Origin: Gemmatimonadota bacterium
GTDB taxonomy: Bacteria > Gemmatimonadota > Gemmatimonadetes > Gemmatimonadales > GWC2-71-9
Length of the DNA: 64,000 nt
NCBI GenBank assembly: GCA_003221005.1
Contig: QHTZ01000078.1
Coordinates: 1-64,000 of the forward strand
Reading direction: 5' to 3'
Shown: piece by piece, positions 59,384 through 64,000 of the stretch
How the letters are laid out: each line of letters opens with the position of its first letter
Position numbering within the stretch: the stretch's first letter is position 1
Notes under the pieces: generated by a model
What the model was told of the DNA's origin: nothing
What the model saw: only the letters and a program-made list of their open reading frames with translations
Database searches by the model: none
Program-made: the position numbers and the translations under genes

Positions 59384-59863
59384 ATGGAACCGATTGACGC
59401 CCTGCGCACGCATCTGAAGCGGCTGCTGAGCTGGGGGGACGCTCACGCGGACCTCGATGCCGCCGTCGCCGATCTTCCCCCCAACGTCCGGGGCGTGACG
59501 CCGCCCGGCCTGCCGTACTCACCCTGGCAGCTGCTCGAGCACATCCGTCTCACCCAGGCAGACATCCTGGCGTTCTGCGAGCGGCCCGACTACCACGAGC
59601 CGCATTGGCCGGATGAATACTGGCCTGGAGCCGCGGCTCCGCCCGACGCCAAGGCCTGGGACGCGAGCATCGCCGCGTTTCACCGCGATCGTGCGGCGCT
59701 GGAACGCATGATCGCCGACCCGGCGTGTGATCTGTTTGCCAAAGTGCCCGCCGGCACCGGGCAGACGTTCCTGCGCGAATTCCTGCTCGTGGCGGACCAC
59801 ACCGCCTATCACGTGGGGCAGCTCGTAGCGGTGCGCCGCCTGCTGGGGCAGTGGGCCAAGTAG
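59384..59863 (+). CDS. DinB-family protein
   Basis: SPWQLLEH and DHTAYHVGQL motifs. Confidence 0.88.
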   Translation: MEPIDALRTHLKRLLSWGDAHADLDAAVADLPPNVRGVTPPGLPYSPWQLLEHIRLTQADILAFCERPDYHEPHWPDEYWPGAAAPPDAKAWDASIAAFHRDRAALERMIADPACDLFAKVPAGTGQTFLREFLLVADHTAYHVGQLVAVRRLLGQWAK

Positions 59864-59895
59864 CACGACGTAAGCGTTCAGGAGCGGCGGCGGGC

Positions 59896-60240
59896 ATGAC
59901 GGCTATTGAGTACCGCACCATGGCTCTCGGTCTCCCCGAAGCGTCCGAGAACAAGCACATGAGCCATCCGGACTTCCGGGTGGCTGGCCGGATCTTCGCA
60001 ACGCTCGGCTATCCCCGGCGCGGGTGGGGCATGGTCAAACTCACCCCTGAGCAACAAGAGTTCTTTGTTCGCGCGCAGCCTGGGGCATTCGTGCCAGTGA
60101 ACGGGGCCTGGGGACGCGCGGGCGCCACGAATGTCCGGTTGCCGGCCGCAAAGAAGGGCGCCGTGCGCGAAGCCCTGATGATCGCCTGGCGCAACCGAGC
60201 ACCCAAACGGCTCGTCGCGCTTCACGTCCCTGATGAGTGA
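59896..60240 (+). CDS. MmcQ/YjbR-family protein
   Basis: HMSHPDFRVAGRIFATL and GAWGRAGAT motifs. Confidence 0.85.
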   Translation: MTAIEYRTMALGLPEASENKHMSHPDFRVAGRIFATLGYPRRGWGMVKLTPEQQEFFVRAQPGAFVPVNGAWGRAGATNVRLPAAKKGAVREALMIAWRNRAPKRLVALHVPDE

Positions 60241-61393
60241 CGCGCACACGCGGGCACCGATGGTCAGTATCCTGCTCTGCTGCGCTGCCGGTGCCTGTGG
60301 GCCGATCATGGATGAACGCCTGCCGGACAGGACTGAGCGCGTCCGGGCCTATCTGAGCGCGCTCGTCGCCCAGTCGAAGGTGCCTGGCATCCAGTATCTG
60401 GTGATGGACTCCACGCGCACGCTGTTCGAATACGACGGCGGCTGGGCGGACATCCGCGGCCATGTGCCGATGGAGTCAAGCACGACCATGATGGCCTATT
60501 CGATGAGCAAGACGATCACGGCAGCGGCGGTGCTACGACTGGTCGAGGCGCGTAGAATCGGGCTCGATGATCCTCTGGACCGCTACGTGGCTTCGAGCCC
60601 ATATGGCCCGAGCGTCACGGTCCGCCAGCTGGTCTCGCACACATCGGGGATTCCGAACCCGATTCCCCTGCGCTGGGTGCACGCGGCAGCGCGTCACGCC
60701 GCGTTTGACGAGAACGCGGCGCTTGCGGCGGTTCTGCGCGAGTATCACGAACTGCGGTTCCCGCCGGGGACGAAGTACGCCTACTCTAACATGGGGTACT
60801 GGCTCCTCGGCAGGGTGGTCGAGAGCGCCAGCGGCGAGGCGTTTACGTCGTATGTGACCGAGCACGTCCTCAGCCCGCTCGGCATCTCGCCCCAAGAGCT
60901 CGGATTCGCGATCCTCGACTCCGCCCACCACGCCGCTGGCTACCTTGAGAAGTACTCCCTGCTCAACCTGGTGAAGGGATTTCTGATCGACTCCGAGCTC
61001 GTCGGGGGATACGAAGGCCCATGGTTGCGAATCCGGAGCCACTATCCAAACGGGCCGGCATTCGGTGGGCTCGTCGGCACCGCTAGGGGTTTCGGCACGT
61101 TTCTGCAGGACCAGCTCCGTCAACACTCTGCGATCTTCAACGACACGACGCGGGCGCTCTTCTTCGAGCCACAGCGGACGGCGCAGGGACGGGACGTACT
61201 GATGACGCTCGGCTGGCACATCGGAGACCTGGGCGGGATGCGCTTCTTCTACAAGGAGGGTGGGGGCGGGGGCTTCCACAACATGATGAGGGTATATCCT
61301 GCCTATGGCCTCGCGACTGTCGTGATCACCAACGCGACGGGCTTCAACGTGAACAGATGCCTGAACACACTGGATCGCCAGTTCCTACCTTAA
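60233..61393 (+). CDS. Serine hydrolase, beta-lactamase (class C-like) family
   Basis: SMSK (SxxK), LVSHTSG and YSN motifs. Confidence 0.88.
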   Translation: MSDAHTRAPMVSILLCCAAGACGPIMDERLPDRTERVRAYLSALVAQSKVPGIQYLVMDSTRTLFEYDGGWADIRGHVPMESSTTMMAYSMSKTITAAAVLRLVEARRIGLDDPLDRYVASSPYGPSVTVRQLVSHTSGIPNPIPLRWVHAAARHAAFDENAALAAVLREYHELRFPPGTKYAYSNMGYWLLGRVVESASGEAFTSYVTEHVLSPLGISPQELGFAILDSAHHAAGYLEKYSLLNLVKGFLIDSELVGGYEGPWLRIRSHYPNGPAFGGLVGTARGFGTFLQDQLRQHSAIFNDTTRALFFEPQRTAQGRDVLMTLGWHIGDLGGMRFFYKEGGGGGFHNMMRVYPAYGLATVVITNATGFNVNRCLNTLDRQFLP

Positions 61394-61908
61394 GACCGGG
61401 CCCCGAAGCCCCCTTCGTCGCCCGCGCGCAGGGGCGCGCGTACCTCGCGGCCGGGCTGTTTTCGGGTTTCTTCGTCCTCATGGGCGTCCTGCTGACCCGC
61501 GAGAGCGCGCAGACCTGGCCAGTGCTCGTGGTCGCCTGCGGCGTGGCGGCGTTCATGCTCGCGGGCCTCGCCTATCTGCGCCTCGAGGTCGGCTCCGAGG
61601 GCATCCGCTACCGCAGCGTCGGCAGCAATCGCTCGCTCCGGTTCTCGGAGATCGAGCGTGCCTACTTCGAGACGGTCGTCAACCGTGCCGCGCCGCGCGG
61701 GCTCGTCACGTTCTGGATAAAACCGAAAGCAGGAAATGCGCTGCGGGTCAACCTGCGCACGTTCCCGCCGGGCGCGGCTACCCGCCTGCTGACCGCCCTG
61801 GAGCGACACGGCATCGCGATCGCGGTGCCCGACTCGGCGGCTGCCCTGGGGATGACGCGGGAGCTCCGGGGGCACGCCGCCCGGCCTGGGCCGCGCCGAC
61901 CGGGCTGA
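61357..61908 (+). CDS. Hypothetical membrane protein (2 TM plus PH-like beta region)
   Basis: Two TM helices, then LEVGSEGIRYRS...LRFSEI. Confidence 0.6.
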   Translation: MPEHTGSPVPTLRPGPEAPFVARAQGRAYLAAGLFSGFFVLMGVLLTRESAQTWPVLVVACGVAAFMLAGLAYLRLEVGSEGIRYRSVGSNRSLRFSEIERAYFETVVNRAAPRGLVTFWIKPKAGNALRVNLRTFPPGAATRLLTALERHGIAIAVPDSAAALGMTRELRGHAARPGPRRPG

Positions 61909-61922
61909 TCTACTCGCTCCGC

Positions 61923-62750
61923 CTATCTCTGACATCGCGGGCAGAACGTCGTCGCCCGCAGGTCGATCGTGTGCGTCGTGACCAGCTTCTTCCCGCAGCG
62001 CACGCACGGCTCGCCACCGCGGCCGTACACTGTCAGCTCGAACTGGAACCGCCCGCGCTCTCCGGTGCCGGTGCGGTAATCGCGGACGGTCGTTCCGGCT
62101 GAAGCGACGGCGCGCTCCAGCACGCTCTGCACCGCGGCGTGCAGCCGGGCGAACTCTTCGAGCGAGAGCTTGTCAGTGCGTTTCGACGGGTCGATCCCGG
62201 CCTCGAACAACGCCTCGTTGGCGTAGATGTTGCCGATCCCCGCGACACGCCGCTGATCCATGATTGCCTTCTTCACGGCGGCGCGCGTGCCTTGCAGCCG
62301 CTGCGCGAACACGAACGGCGTGAACGTCTCGTCGAGCGGCTCGGGGCCGATGCGACCGGTGTAGGTCGCCCAGCCCCGCTCGTCCAGCAGCCACACGGTG
62401 CCCAGCCGCCGCACGTCGCGGTACACGAACAGGCGGCCATCTTCCAGCGTGCACGTGAGCACGGCGTACTTCGCCTCGTCCCTCGTGAGCGGGCGATCGT
62501 ACACGACGAGCGACCCGGTCATGCGCGGCTGGACCACGAGCCGGTGGCCGCTCGCGAGCCGCAGCACGGCGTGCTTGGCGCGCCGGCTCACCTCCTCGAA
62601 CGCGTTCCCAGTGATCGTCTTCAACAGCCGGGGCTTGGTGACGCGGCGCAGCACGTCGGTCTTGGCGAGGCGGGCGCGGGTGATGCGGTGGCCTTCGAGC
62701 CGCGGGGCGAGCTGCCGAACGATCGTCTCGACTTCAGGGAGTTCCGGCAC
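61923..62750 (-). CDS. mutM: Formamidopyrimidine-DNA glycosylase
   Basis: PELPEVE N-terminus, GIGNIYANE, C-terminal zinc finger. Confidence 0.96.
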   Translation of the reverse strand: MPELPEVETIVRQLAPRLEGHRITRARLAKTDVLRRVTKPRLLKTITGNAFEEVSRRAKHAVLRLASGHRLVVQPRMTGSLVVYDRPLTRDEAKYAVLTCTLEDGRLFVYRDVRRLGTVWLLDERGWATYTGRIGPEPLDETFTPFVFAQRLQGTRAAVKKAIMDQRRVAGIGNIYANEALFEAGIDPSKRTDKLSLEEFARLHAAVQSVLERAVASAGTTVRDYRTGTGERGRFQFELTVYGRGGEPCVRCGKKLVTTHTIDLRATTFCPRCQR

Positions 62751-64000
62751 GGGCCACCTCCCGCCACCCGATGTCGCGGCGGTACGCTTTTCCCTCGAAC
62801 GTGATGCGCGCCGCCACGCCGGCGCTGCGTTCCGCCGCGGCCGCGACCGACGCCGCCAGCCCGGTCACCGCGAGCACGCGGCCGCCCGCCACCCGCAGCG
62901 TGCCGTCGGCATCACGAGCGGTCCCCGCATGGAACACGAGCACGTCATCGCCGAGGTCCGGGGGGAGCTGGATGGTCGCGCCCACTTCCGGCTGCTCGGG
63001 ATAGCCGCGCGCGGCGAGCACCGTCGTGACGGCCGCGCCGGTCGCCGGGATGACGTCCCGGTCCGGCCGCCAGCCGCCGCCCGCGATGGCGGCGAGCTGG
63101 CTCGTCGCGCCGCGGGGGAGCACGGGGAGCACGGCCTCGGCCTCGGGGTCGCCGAAGCGGCAGTTGAACTCGAGCACGTACGGCGTGCCGTCGGGCGCGA
63201 GCATCAGGCCCGCGTACAGGACTCCCTGGTATGGCGCGCCGCGGGCGGCCATCTCCTGGAGCGTGGGCTCGAGCACCTGGCGGCGCACCCGCTCGAGCAG
63301 CGCGTCGGTGACGAGACCGACCGGACAGTACGCACCCATGCCGCCGGTGTTGGGGCCGGTGTCCCCCTCGAGCAGCCGTTTGTGGTCTTGCGCCGGCGGG
63401 AGAATCACGATCCGCTCCCCGTCGGTGACGGCGAGGACCGACAGCTCCTCGCCTGCGAGGAACTCCTCGACCACGATCTCGCGCCCCGCCTCCCCGAAGG
63501 CGCCTTCGCCGAGCATCGCGCGCGCCGTGCGCTGCGCGGCGGCGCGCGTGGCGCAGACGACCGCGCCCTTGCCCCCGGCGAGCCCCGACGCTTTCACCAC
63601 GAGGGGCTCGGCGTGCGTGGCCAGGTAGGCGAGCGCGGGGTCGAGCTCGCGGAACGTGCGGCTCGGAGCCGTGGGGACGCCCGCCCGCTGCATCACTTCC
63701 TTCGCGAAGGCCTTGGAGGACTCGAGGCGGGCGGCGGCCTGCGTCGGCCCAAACACGGAACGGCCGGCCGCGCGTAAGCGGTCGGCGAGGCCCGCCGCGA
63801 GCGGGGCCTCCGGCCCGACGACGACCAGATCGATCCGCTGTTCGGCGGCCGCCGCGACGAGACCGTCCACGGCGCTCGCCGGAATCTTGAGGTTGGTGCC
63901 GAGCGCCGCGGTACCGGGGTTGCCCGGCGCGGTGAACAGGGTCGCCTCGGGGGTGTCGCGCTTCAGCGCCCAGCAGAGCGCGTGTTCGCGGCCACCCCCG
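62734..64000 (-). CDS. purD: Phosphoribosylamine-glycine ligase (5' end off window)
   Basis: GGREHAL, APGNPG, GPEAPL, QDHKR, NTGGMGAY and EFNCRFGDPE motifs. Confidence 0.96.
   Translation of the reverse strand, partial: GGGREHALCWALKRDTPEATLFTAPGNPGTAALGTNLKIPASAVDGLVAAAAEQRIDLVVVGPEAPLAAGLADRLRAAGRSVFGPTQAAARLESSKAFAKEVMQRAGVPTAPSRTFRELDPALAYLATHAEPLVVKASGLAGGKGAVVCATRAAAQRTARAMLGEGAFGEAGREIVVEEFLAGEELSVLAVTDGERIVILPPAQDHKRLLEGDTGPNTGGMGAYCPVGLVTDALLERVRRQVLEPTLQEMAARGAPYQGVLYAGLMLAPDGTPYVLEFNCRFGDPEAEAVLPVLPRGATSQLAAIAGGGWRPDRDVIPATGAAVTTVLAARGYPEQPEVGATIQLPPDLGDDVLVFHAGTARDADGTLRVAGGRVLAVTGLAASVAAAAERSAGVAARITFEGKAYRRDIGWREVARAGTP

Noticed and set aside
60233-61393. Bona fide beta-lactam resistance gene
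   Set aside because: Only family-level SxxK/YxN motifs, and the third motif is atypical (KEG); an esterase or peptidase is equally likely

Overview
High-GC (roughly 70% by eye) bacterial chromosomal segment, densely coding. Gene content, many lipoproteins and outer-membrane proteins, and gene order suggest a Gram-negative soil bacterium, probably Gemmatimonadota (inference). Left to right it carries: a TolC/EmrA/EmrB efflux operon; an SDR, an M20 hydrolase, a short LeuA-family enzyme, DUF885 and an MFS; three tandem PD40 beta-propeller lipoproteins; cstA-yjiX; acyl-CoA dehydrogenase-etfBA-ETF:quinone oxidoreductase; two diguanylate cyclases; a Mo/W-cofactor cluster (tupBC-like, PTPS-like, fdhD, mobA, mobB, moeA, with two broken frames); gpmI and guaB; two APC permeases flanking a membrane-LytTR fusion; nrnA, yceI, mrp, MATE and DUF62; an ECF sigma/anti-sigma pair with a hydroxy-acid oxidase; futalosine-type menaquinone tailoring genes (ubiE/menG, ubiD, ubiA, ubiX); an S46 peptidase; a patch of cassette-like small genes; mutM and a partial purD. 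No tRNA, rRNA, CRISPR array, integrase or transposase was seen. The most unusual signal is a recurrent architecture of about 4 purine-rich tandem units, a spacer, then about 4 inverted units. It occurs with unrelated unit sequences (7, 7, 10 and 13 bp) at gene junctions and in protein loops, and one copy forms a mini-ORF bridging ubiA to a CTG-initiated ubiX. Other signals: the self-coupling propeller triplet bracketed by structured RNA, an ECF sigma apparently starting at ATA head-to-head with ubiE/menG, attC-like remnants, and many leaderless-type promoters.
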